Positions 25,100-38,400 of a stretch of DNA of 64,000 nt are shown here, one piece after another; position 1 is the first letter of the stretch; every line of letters starts with the position of its first letter. Origin of the DNA: Lingula anatina. Taxonomy: Eukaryota; Animalia; Brachiopoda. Location: assembly GCA_051362555.1 (NCBI GenBank), contig CM120641.1, positions 33,982,401 to 34,046,400 of the forward strand, written 5' to 3'. Below the pieces are notes generated by a model that was not told the DNA's origin, did not search any database, and worked only from the letters and a program-made list of their open reading frames with translations. Made by a program: the position numbers and the translations under genes.

Positions 25100-28000
25100 A
25101 TGACGGGCGGTGGAGGCGGCGGAGAACACCCCTTAACGGTAAGATACTAAGAAATCTTACTTGTTTGTCTGCACAGCGCAACTGTGTGGTTAATCATGCG
25201 TTTTCTTTTTTTTTATATAACGTTACGCTTTTTATATCTGCTTTATGAACTAGCAAAGTAGGTAAAAAACGAAAATAAAACTGTTACCACAGGCTATTTT
25301 TCTTGCTACAAATGGTAAGCTGTGCATTCAGTTTACTGAGTACCTGTACTTGGATCCATCATACTTGTACATCATGTACATTGGGTCCCAGCTGACATAT
25401 ACTTTGTGACAAGACCTATATTTATTAAATTAATAATATCACAATGGTATGGGTTCGATAAGACTAGCTTAACTGACCCAGACAAAGGAAAAGTCTTCAT
25501 TTTAAAACAAATATTAATAAATTTCAGTATGAGCTTGGCTATAACTTTAATACCTAAACCGTATTTTTTTTTCCTTTTTTTAAATTCCCAGTCATTGGGA
25601 AGTTAATCAGACGATTCCTTTTATGTCTTCATGACTAAAAAATCACTATTTTTCATTGCTTTATTATTATAAATGTGTATGTTTTTTAAAAGTTCAGTAC
25701 AATTGACCTCATTAAATAATATTCAGAACAAGTTAAATGCTCTATCTATTAAAAAGAAGAAGAAAACAAGGCACTAGTATATTCTTCATTGTGTACTGTT
25801 TTGTTGTTTTTATGTGAAAATGAATTAAAAGGTTGATTACATTCAAAATGGGGCTTTTTTCATTGTTTTGAATGTCATTTTTGTAGACATGAAATTAAAT
25901 AAGATTAAAGTGCAGATTTAGAATTCCAGACATTTAAAAATTGCATTCATATTTTGCACACTTGAAGAAATAGGTAATGTGACATTTAGCATCCTAAAAG
26001 GCAACGAAAGAAGTTGCAAGTCAAGAAAATATCAATTGTGTCTTTTTGAAATGTCATTCTCAGTAGGCGGTGATGTGATTTCTTTTTTATCTCTACAGGT
26101 GGTTCTTCGAATCCGTCCTTTGATGAATGAGGAGGAACTGGTTGGATGTCATACATGTGCACACAAAGTAGACAACAATGTGAGTCAATGTAATGATGTC
26201 TTCATGTTGAAAATCATTTTCTTTTATTTTTCACTTATGTCTATATGTAAGTTCCTTTATGACCTTTAAAAAATTTTTTTTCATAGTACATTGGCCACAA
26301 GCATCGTTTTCAATGTCGGTTAATTTTTATGAGATGAATTTGCCTGAAATTATATAGTTCTGCTGTTGATAAGATTAAAATAAGTTTTCCATGTAGTTCT
26401 GCTGTTAATAAGATTAAAATAAGCTTTCCATGTATCTTGTAAATACTACCTCCATCCACTGGTTACCAGAAAGATTACTTATGAAAATTATTCCTAATGC
26501 AGTGATTAATTGTATATATCATTTTGGACATTTTCACATGACTCCAATTAATCCCATAATCGTACGCCTATGGAATCCCGATTGATCCTCACACAAAGCG
26601 ATATTTGCATGTGGCACCAAAAACAACAAACACTCGGATTAGCTACAGTGACCTAGAGCTTTGCTGTAGATACATTTGAAACTTTCCCAATAACAAAAAC
26701 CTACAAAGGTGAATGTTTAGATTAGCGTGTTCCTTCAAGTAACTGAAAGAGAAAGGTGATAGGCAAGTAAAGCATAAACATCATACAAAAACTTTGTCAA
26801 CAGACCAGCTGTATTGGACTAGCAAAAGGTCATTCAAAAGGTTGCTTTGGAGAAATTATGAAACCAATGTGCAAAGATAAGGTTGTGTGAACGGGGCGTG
26901 TTTGATCTGCTAGTATACACTGTTTTTGTTGGCTTTTAGGAACTTATTTGTACCATGGCACAGATCTTCACAAACTGTATTCTTTTTCAAGTTCCTTTTG
27001 TTAAAACTTTTTTCTTTTGTAGAGAATTAAACCCATGTTATAAAAACACATTATACTTCTGTAGACGGGTCATTGCACTTTAACATTCAGCACACAGTTT
27101 TTTATGGATAAGTGGCTGTAAATTTATGAATTATTGACTATCTACTGCAGTTCAATACTCTCAGATTAATTTTGTTATTGTAGCTCATATTTATGTATAA
27201 TTGACGTCAGATTATTTTCAGATTAAAAAACTATCAGTACTTGAGGGCATAGTGAATAGCACAGAGATAATAATGTGCTGTTTGAGAAGTTGTTTTCTAA
27301 CACAGTTGTTCTGAAAATTAGATGTAATAATTTGATTTTATAAATGTAGTAACTTAAAAGTAGTAGAGATTAAAATATGAATGAGTGAAGTGCATCAACA
27401 TTAAATCTTGAAGAGTTTGCTATTTAAGATACCTAACATTGAATGGCAAGTGGTTTAATGGAAATTAATTGATTGTATGTTTCACACAAGTGGTGTAAGC
27501 TTAAAAGCGTTAGGTATACTTACTTTGATAAAATATCTCCTAAATATAGCTAGCTTTATTGACCTTGGAAAGGAAATAAGATTACTCTTTCGGGGAATAA
27601 AGATAAGAAAGACATTAAATGAAGAAAAAGAGAGACAGAAAAAAGTATGAAAAAAGAATTAGGAAAGATAAAAGGCGAGAAAACAGATAAAAAAATTAAA
27701 CAAGACTGTAATAATTCTATTATAATAAATGTAATAATTATTATTATTATTATTATTATTAAATTCATCATTGGCCTTTAGAACTATTCATAGATTGTGG
27801 TGTTATATACAACTTAGATATCAACTTCTGAGTATTCAGAGATTGGCTGAACGGAAAATAAAAATGAATTTTTTTACCCTAACTAAATCCTTGGTTAACT
27901 AAAGGTGGTCTTGCTTTCTCGTGATTAATAAGTCAATCATTTTAATTATCCTTATTGGTGATATATTACCTTATTTAATTAAAACTTTCTTCTCCCTGGA

Positions 28001-31000
28001 TTACCAGCCAGTGCTGTAATCGGCTTTACTATGTGGTAGCTGGCAGTGTAAGTTGAGGTGAGGTTTTCAATCACTCTCATGGGAGTAATGTCTCAATAAG
28101 CCTGATTGCCCAGTGTTCCCCTTTCAATCCAGACAGCTTGCAGGTGGAGTTTTGATAAGCTCCAGTTAATGAGCTTTTTTTCCCCCTGAGATGTACACAG
28201 TTTCCCATGGCAACTTTCCAAATGCAACTAAGGACAAGTGAAGTAAAAGCATGAAGTTGTTTGAAGACATTGTCAAACTCGGACAATGCATTTTTGAAAA
28301 TTGTAAATTGGAATTGTTGTCTACTTCCTAGGACTATTAGCCCAAGTTTCATGCAAGCTGGAGGCCGTCTTGTTAATTTACAACTTGCGCAGTTACAAGT
28401 TTGACTTCAGTGACCTTAGAATAAATATTGGAAGACCACATAGTCAACATTTCTATTATATCATCTAATAAATGTTTAAATATATTTTATATCCTTTTAG
28501 CATTTTTTTCTGACTACATAATTTCATATTTCTTCCTATCTTCCTATCTTCCTTTTAAACCCTTTTAAAGCACAAAATGAAAAATGAAAATGAAATAAAA
28601 AAATAATTTCATGACATGACATGATATAAGCATTTTTTATTATTAAATAATTCCTCATTTTTTTATTTTTTAAAACTTAATGTACATATTTTATTGTTAC
28701 AGATGGTCGTACTGATGGACCCCACAGAGGATCCTGATGATATTTTACGAGCCAATCGCTCTAGAGAGAAGAAGTACATCTTTGATCATGCCTTCGACTA
28801 CAAATCTACAACGGTAAATATACAAACTGGGTTTATTTGGTATATATGTCATTCTCTTAAAAATCAGTTATGAATTGATGTTTTGTTCACATTTTGGAAA
28901 CAACAGAATGTGAGACAATTATCATATACCAGAACCAACAATTCTACATCAATTTGTATCATGTGCACATAATTGTTTCTTGCATTGCATTATGACATTT
29001 TCAAGGTTTCTCAAATATTAAGGTACTATGTATCAGAAGTAACATAGATTTTTGTATTTTGAAAAGTTTTTTAATGAAGATATTTAAAATAACATCAGAG
29101 ATTTATTTGTTAACAAAAATTGATGCTAAATGCAGGTTTTTTTCTTTTGGTAAAAACAGTTGTAACATTGGGTTTTCTCCCTACATAAAGTGATGAATAT
29201 TAGAATCACAGGGTATATTTCAATATTTAATTCCTTTTAAATACAGCATAATGGATTCCCTCTTTTATCACGAGCCTTGTACTTTAAAGTAAATTATCTT
29301 AAAGAAAAGGTTAGGAGATTACTTTTTTCACAAATAGACTGCTATGTAAATGTGAACAAGTGCATCTGGCATATTTTTATATGAGCTAGGTGATAGGTGT
29401 TCATCTGTTACTCTCTCATGAGTATATATATATTTAATTTTTTTTTTACCTAATTAGAAACATTGAACATTTTACCCCAGAAATAACAAACAGAAGAAAC
29501 CTCAAAACTTTGGGCTTGGACTTATGTCATCAAGTGCAACTGTAAGGATGCCCATTGTCATTACATTTGTGGTCTCTTGTTTATTGATTATAGAAACAAA
29601 TAAATTAAGTGATCTATAGGCGATTAAGCAGGTGCAAAAAGAGTTGTTTTTCTAACCATGAATTGGATCACTGATAGCCTTTTATATTTCTGTTTTCCAT
29701 AGCTTTACCCTATGAATTATTGATTATAACAATTCCCTTGTTTATTCTGTTTATCTCTTCTATTCTACTACTACTTAAAAGTGCTCACAGTCAAACAGGA
29801 GCTGATGACTGGTTGCAGATGCATTGAAATAATGCTCATGCTGTGTTAATGGGCGATTCACATTTACTTTAAGTCATTATGTATCAGAAAATCCAATTAG
29901 ATAGTCAGGGTTATTGATCTGTCGTTGATCAGACATTCTTATGGATTGTTAAGCTAATCGATGATCATAATATTTTGTCTTGCACTCAGCAGAGTATCGA
30001 AAAAATGGGATTGGCAGATATTGATACGTATTGGCATTCCCTCTGACGTAGGAAATTTATTTTTAAGAATTACGGTTATATTTCAAGATAAATAAGACAG
30101 ATGAAGGTAGAAAAAACATGGACAAGTTACATGACAGACACTTTCTAATCATGATGGAAGGATTAAAAAGATCAGAATGATTACAGAAAGCTAACAGATG
30201 ACTATTTTTACAAAGCACTATTATTTGAAAGAAATTGTTCTAGTAAGTGGAAGGTTAGGCATGGCATTTTTTTTTTAATTTGACCAACAATGTAGCTAAT
30301 CTATAGCCATTCAGTTTTGAAATTCACTGATATGTCACTGCATAACCATTGGCAACCATGTTTTGAAAATATTCACTTTTTTCAAAAAGTATTTGGGTAA
30401 TTGGAAAAATATTCAAAATTTCCAAATATTTAAATAGTTCATTTTCCTTAATTTTTTTCATCACATGATTTGGCAACAGCTGTTAAAAAGTAACGGATTA
30501 TTACTAAGGAAGGTGACATTTTTCATGGGCTGAAATCAGTTTGAGTTTTTCCATCACTATGGTGTGTGTATACAGATAAAATGCATTCCCCCTAACACTG
30601 GCATGTTCTTAATGGAAATTCTCCTATCAGGTTGCATCTGCTATATTATTGTGCTATTCAAGTTGACTTCAAACACTAGAAATCACAAATTATCCATTTG
30701 CATGAACTGATCACAGTCGATAATATACTGGCATTTCCGAAGTGCTTTTCTGTGTTGATGTAGCTCTAGATGAATTGCAGCTGGAATGAAGCTTTGAATG
30801 CTGTGGTAGGCTGACAATGGGACTACTTTCTCTGCCATACAGACCAGTTGTTTCATGCAACTTTTTTTTTTTAAGCATCATAATCATAAGATACTCTTCA
30901 TTCGTTTCTGTGTTAAAAATGCTGTTTGGTGACATTATTTGTCCTTGTCCTGAAAATTAGAAAAATATTTAACCCTTAGATTTAACATGAGTTACCATTC

Positions 31001-32386
31001 AGTTGCCTTTTAATTTATTATAACTTATTGTTTTTCTTTTTGAAACTTTTATAATGTTGGATCACATTTCACATCAAATAATTATAAACTCAGGTGAAAC
31101 CAGGTAATCCAGCACCTCTTGTAATTGTCCTGGATGAAACTTATGGCTTGGTTACTAGCTGGGCCAACATTCTAGAATTACAATAAAATGATTAACATTT
31201 TCATAATTGGTAGGACTTTGTGACATGTGCCTGCTGCAAAGAACAATACTTTTCTATCGGGAAAACATCAATAGTCTTTGTCAACTTAAAGATTTCTATG
31301 TGTGGAAGGTAAACTGCATTCATTTATTATTCATGCCTTGAGGGGCTAGTGAAGGGACAGCAGATGGAAGCAGATCCAATCATGATTTATGGTAAAGTCA
31401 GTTTGCAGGCTCTTAAAATTCAACTGAAAAGTGAAGGAAAAAAGAGAGAGGAGTCTATTTACAGAATTTCATTACAGATCTGGCTTCTTATTTTAACATA
31501 CTTCCTTGATAGTGTCTTTGTAAGAATTCACCTAATATTATAATTTAATTCGCATCTGCTTGAGGAAACATCCAAGTTACAAAATCATCAAAAATGCTTA
31601 AGCAACAGGTTGTATCACTTGTTTAAAATGAATACTGGTGTGCTGATTACAAAAAAGAGTGTTAAGAACTAGCTGCATCTTTTATGAAAGAAAACAGTAA
31701 AAAGATTGTAATATGGAGTCAAACAACAGTGGAAAACCAATGATACAGTGTCTGAGTTGTGACACAAAAATTCAGGATTGTTGCTTCCTTTTTTTCCAAC
31801 ATGGAAAATTTGTAAGAGAGTCTAGACTGCAAGCAAGTTTTTTTATTTTTATTTTCTTCTTTTTTTTTTCTCGGTGGATCTGACAGTAACTTTGTTTTTA
31901 CAACCTGTCATAATGAATCTTTCTGGATAACAGTTCTTTGGTGTTATTATCATACTCCTTAAAAGGCCTCAAATTGGGCATTATTTTATACTGTATTAAC
32001 ACTGTTGGTGAGAAATTGGAAACAGTTTATGCATAAACAAAAAGGCCCCAGTCTTTAATCAATTTTGGAAATCAGAAATACACTGGAAGAATGTGATTGG
32101 ATTGTGGGGTCATGGATTTGGATGTCACACTATTATGTTTTCACTGATGTGGGTATTGAAAATCATTTTAAGAATTTAATTAGGCAGATCTTGATTGCAC
32201 ATTGTTATTTTTTCCAATAGAAATCTTGCATGGACTATCAGGTGTTGCATTGATTTTTTTATTTTAAGATATTTAACCCTTTGCAGGCAGTGTTGCTTGG
32301 AGATCTGAGTCAACCATGTAAATTTTATTATCTACCCTGTATGTCAGCTGCTTTCTGAAATAGCATGGTATAGCTCAGGAACATAC

Positions 32387-32424
<38 letters not shown>

Positions 32425-35400
32425 AATGAATAATTAATCCCATTTGATCAAAACTATAAATATTGATTACTAAAGCCATATTTTTATATATATATAATGA
32501 ATACCCAATAACAAAGTAATCTTTACATATCATAGTTGCATCCTGGGCTAATAGATATATTGCTGCAAAAACTTGTGAGTAAGTTGGGGAAATTTAAGAT
32601 AAAACACAAGTCTTGGCTGATTTGCAACAACAAATTAATAACTTATTTTTGTTAAGGAACCCAAAGTGTTCCATTCTTCTTTATAATAATTGTATTTCAT
32701 TACAAACAAAATCTTACTTATTCCTGGCTTTGAAGATAGTAAGTGAAATATATACTTTCTTCTTTAAGATATTTTTGTTTTGTTAATAATTTACTCAACT
32801 TAATGTAAAAAAATGGGAAAGAGAACAGAAATGGTTTTTGTAATCATAGCACAAGCTTTATCTGATGTGCAATTCATTTTGTCATTGCAGGAAGAAGTGT
32901 ATCAGGTTACCACAAGACATTTAATTGACAACGTGATCTCAGGTTACAATGCAACTGTGTTTGCATATGGTGCTACTGGTAAGTTGAGCTGATGCCTAAT
33001 GATAAATTATTATTTTTCTAGCAATATGGTCATTATTATACATATTGTATTATACTGTATTATGGGGGCACATTTTTAACTGTTTTGAATTGTTGATTTG
33101 TTTGTTGTTTATGAAACTGCCATTAAAGGAGGTTAGTTAGAGTGCAGTTTAGAATTGTTACGTAAAGCGGCCAAATATTTTTAGGCTCAGTTGGAAATAT
33201 ACCAACTTGACTACATGTTAGTTTATCTGGACAAGACGGAAATGAGGTACTGAAAAACATACTGATTTCTTTGAAACTCATATGTGCACCATACTTAACC
33301 AGAGTTGGTTTCAGTTATTGTGGCCAAAAATACCTTATAGATAACATATTTATGTTTTAGGTGCTGGAAAGACATATACCATGCTTGGTACAGACACAGA
33401 ACCTGGTATAATGTACCGTACTCTGTCTGACCTCTTCAGTGCAATGGAGAAGACGAGGTCCGATAACACATACAAAGTGACCATGTCCTATCTAGAAGTA
33501 AGTCTGTAATAATTTACAGTCTTCAAAATGTTACTTTTTGTCTAAAAACTATTATTTTCGCTAAGGGCTCATTCCCATTCAAAGTATCTGTCTACTGTTG
33601 CTGAATGCAACAAGTTTATCAGATGAACACGCCTCTTCTTATTTCCAACATACTCCTACAATCAGCTTTTCTGTATTCTACTCAGTGCCAGGAGGAGGCA
33701 TGTTAACTGATTGCATTCAGTGAGAGTCCCCACAGAGTTGGGTCGATCTATGTAGACCATTAGTTTAAATGGGAGTGAGCCCTAAGAGATGAATTGGCCA
33801 TACAGTTCATGAATTGGCATTTTGTATCATGGCAATTCTTGGATATTCTCAGCTCCCAAGGGAAGTAACAAATTACCTGAGCTGCTGCATATGTGGCACT
33901 CTGACTCATCATTCATCATATATTGAATTTTTTACAGTTGCTTCGGATTTTCTTTTTTTTTTTTTTTTCACTTGAACTTGAACTTGTTTTTGTTGTTTGA
34001 TGAAATATATTATTGGCTGATCATTTTCGCCATTCTTATATTTCTGTATAATGAACTGTTTAATTTTCTTTAAGTATAGGTAATATTTATATAAGGTTTC
34101 ATACGATTATAATTATTATTATTACTCCAGATCTACAACGAGATGATCCGTGACCTGCTAGCACCTGCTGCAGGGTATCTAGAGCTTCGTGAGGACGCCA
34201 AGGGAGTGCAAGTGGCTGGCCTCTCAGAAATCATGACCAAGTCTACCTTAGAGGTAACCATTAACAGATGCAGACCCAGAAATAATTCTGACAGTCTTCC
34301 AAATTATCTTTGTTGATCCATCCTCCATTTTTGACCGTCTTGCAACAGAAAAAAATTAGATACCAGTCAATGTAAACTTGAAAATCTGGAAGACCCAGAA
34401 GACGGCCTGAATCCGCTCCTGATTTACATGTGAAAATTGTATTGCCGTAAAAAATCCATAATAATGTACACATCTTGAAAGTCCATATTTCTGGATAGGA
34501 CTTGATTTGAAGAAGGTGAATAAACAGCATACAAAAACCTTGAGAAGACCAGAATTGATTTCATGTTGAATGAAAGTGACACTGTTTCGCTGTACTTTGA
34601 AGCATTGTGCATCGGCCAAAGAAAAATAATGTCAACAATGATTATGTATTTTGATATTCTTCAGATTATGGAATTGTTAAAAGAAGGAAACAAAGAGAGA
34701 ACCCAAGAACCTACTGCTGCCAACAAGACCTCTTCACGATCCCATGCCATTCTCATGATAACAGTCAAGCAGAAGAACCGCATTCGTGACACCAAGGATA
34801 CAGTGAGAATAGGAAAGCTTTTTCTCATTGATTTGGCGGGGTCGGAGAGGGCTTCAAACACACATAATCGAGGGAAACGAATGGTGGAAGGGGCCCACAT
34901 CAACAGGTCGCTTCTGGCTCTGGGGAACTGCATAAATGCACTGAGTAAGTTTTAAGAGAATTATAGCACTAATGAATGTTAAGGGTTCTGCATGCTTGAA
35001 GTTGTGTAATAAAATAATATTACTTCTTGCTCTGCATGTGACTACGTTAGTATAGAACAATGAATGATAAATTTTAATGAGACTAGATTCAACGATACAG
35101 TTGATTTTTTTAAAGTCCAGTTTGTAACACTGATTACATTGATGACGTTTGTGGGGTCGGCTGTGATTGTAATTTGTTTGAACTTGGCCAAAGATCATAT
35201 TTATTCTGATGGAACCAGGTAGAAACTGAACTGTTGGTATTCCTTGGTGTAATTTTGATGTCTCCTGCCAATTGATAAACTGTCTCCTCCTGATAAATTA
35301 TTCATCGAAACCAAAAGTTGCATGTTTCCAGTCATGTTATGTAGTACAAATGGAGGTGATTAATCTCTTCATTGGTACATACATAGACTCTGTGTGACAG

Positions 35401-38400
35401 CTTAAAAGGCACTCACTTTAAGTGATGTTTGTTTTGTAATTACAATAGTGGGGATGGGGGTGTTATAAATGATCAAAGCAAAACATGGCCTCAGCAAAGA
35501 GTGCAAAAATATTACCCAACAAAGTTATGTTTTTAGAGAATGTGAAAGGCCTTTCACTGCATTTTCCTGTCTTTGATCTAAGATTTTGTAGCAAATTATG
35601 ATTGTCTTTATTTTCAGTGGTTGATAGATTATAAATTTGTATGTGAACTTCTTAAGATTTTGCTCTGTCATTTGTAAATCACTTCCAGAACTGTATCCTA
35701 GTCATATTATATATTCATGCAGCTTTCATGTTTTAATTGTCTTTTCAAAGCTCAATAAATTTTAACTTTTTGTGAAGCAGCCCTCAGGTCAAGTCAGTCG
35801 AGCGTGGGAAATGAATTGTCATAATCTTTACTTAACTGCTGAGATACTGTTCAGTTATATCCATTTTTTATGCAATTCCCTCACTTTTGAGAATACAGAC
35901 AAGAGTTTTGGTTCATAACTCAGTAATCTGAAAGCCATAATTAGATAAAGGGATTAGTTTACACTAGAAAAACTTGAATATGGAGTTGCCTGTATTCAGA
36001 TCTAATTTTAAAATGAACCTGTGCTTGTTTTCAACATGGACAACATGCTCCCTATCTACTTTGTGTTCACCTTCTTTAGTTATTGTGTGGGCTGGAGTTG
36101 GTGATTTCTTAGGCAATGTTTTCTTGTTTAACACAGTCAAACCATGTATGAATGCATTATTGATGAGGTTATGTAAAATATATAGGTAGCAGTAATGAAA
36201 CTATTGATTTGATGAAAGGAAACTCTGCAGCTGGTAGCCATAACAGTTGAGCTAATTTTGCTTTTGCTTTAAATATAACCACTAGTGCTAGCAGGGCCCC
36301 AAATTATCAATTGAAGATTATATTGAAATTAATCAGTAATGGGTTATGATATGAATGGATATGGAAAAATTATGTCTTTATGTGTTACTTTATATGAAGT
36401 GGGCTTGTTTGGTGAAATGGTCCATAAGTTTAAAACCTCCAATTACACATTTTATCACAACCATCAGTTGCTCCTGGTTACAAAAATGTGATGTGTATAT
36501 ACTGTTTGAAAGCCACTGTTGATACTACACATGGCAGCTGTACATGTATTTGATATTAGAAATAATGAATAATAGTGACAATAACAAAATATCACCATGA
36601 TACAGAATTTGATATTGCCCTTGCCTTTCAATAATGCAGATTAAATATCATTCATAGTACATCTCTTTTGCCAGTCCTTGTGTGTGTGTGTGTGTGTATG
36701 TGTGCGTGCGTGTATGTATTCATTGACATTGAGTTTTCATTATGAACTTTAGGTGACAAAAATGGTTCCAAATATGTCAACTACAGAGACAGCAAGTTGA
36801 CTCGTCTACTGAAAGACTCCCTTGGTGGAAATTGCAAGACGGCCATGATTGCCCACATTAGTCCTGCCAGCGGAAACTTTGAAGAATCTCGGAACACACT
36901 AGTCTATGCTGACAGAGCGAAGAGTATAAAGAACAAGGTAATAAATTTCAGAAGTTTTGGGGCCTTTAAGACTTGTTTTCATCAGACTGGCTTATAGCAA
37001 AAAAATAGACAATTGACTGTTAGACAATCATATTATTTACCATGGACATTAAAATCTCAAAGCATCTAGTAATATCAGACTGTAAACTATTTTAGTTATG
37101 AATTGAAAATGTGTACAATTATGTCTGTAGTTCAGTTTTACCCTGTGTAACATGTATTTTTATTTATTTATTTATTTATTTATTTATTAAACAAAAAATG
37201 ACAATATCACCTTGTAGGTGCGGAAGAATGTGATTGATGTGAGTTACCACATAGCTCAGTACACCAGCATCATCAGTGAGCTGCGAGAGGAGATAGGGAG
37301 GTTACGGAGGAAGTTAGATCAGCAAGAACTTCAACAGAAAAGTGGAGTGGCTAATATTCAGGCTGTGCAATGTAAGCATATGGCAACAGGTGGAATGTTC
37401 TAGCAGGCCAGCATTTTCAAAAAGGGGGTTCTTTTTCTGAAAAAGTGGACCTTTTACCATAAAACCTTCATGTACCTAAATAGAATTTAACCCTGAAGGG
37501 ACCTTTTCCGGCCAAAAAGGGGGGTTCTTTTGAGCCGCTGCCGCCGCCGCCCCCCCCCCCCCCCCACACCACCTGCTCGTTAGTGCTAAGGTATTTTGAA
37601 TGTGTAATGTTATGTATTGCTTTATTTTCAGCTGAAGTCCTAGCAACAACAAGACAGGAGGTCCACACAGAGTTAGCAAATCTCAAAGAACAACTTATCA
37701 CCAGCTTCAGAAACCAGATGGATTTGAGGTACAATTTCTAAAATATTACAATTACTGGTCCAATCAGTGTTAGAAATTAAGGCTGGACCGTCTGCCCGGG
37801 GCAGACAACTTTCAGAACGGGCTGAGAAGTTTTCCCATTTTTTCCCATTCTGTCAAGCTACTTTTCAGGATGGCTGGACCTTCGGTCTAGCAACTAATTT
37901 TCCTAAGAGGCAAACACTGGGTCCAATATATCAAAATTATCTTAAATGGTTCTTTGTAATGGTTCAGGAATATCTTTGCAAATGATTGAGTTTAAAACTG
38001 CATTCAGATTCAAACATCATACCAGCTGGTTTAATCCAACTCTGCAGTTGAATCTCTCTTAATTACCTTCATTTTAGTCAGGTTAATTGTCTGACATGCC
38101 TCCTTGATGGCTAGGGGGGTAATTAGCTTCCGTGTGCACTCAGCTTAATTACCCCCTAGAAGCTCGAGGAGGCTTGTCAGGCATTTAAGCCAATTACAGT
38201 GATTGCACTTAGGGAGCATTCCTAATAAAAAAAAGTCCTACAGGATCCTATAAGATCTTATAGGATCCTATAGGAAATTGGGCCAATTTCTTATAGATAG
38301 AATCCTATAGGATTTCATAGGATCCTATAGGATGTTTTTGTAAGGGATCTCTCCCGAGTTGGATTCATCCAGTTTGCACAATGGGTTTTTCTGGATGCCC

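Noticed and set aside
28488-28497. ATATCCTTT U12-type donor motif (also near 55176)
   Set aside because: Both lie inside ordinary GT-AG introns with no upstream exon; the gene models are complete without AT-AC introns.
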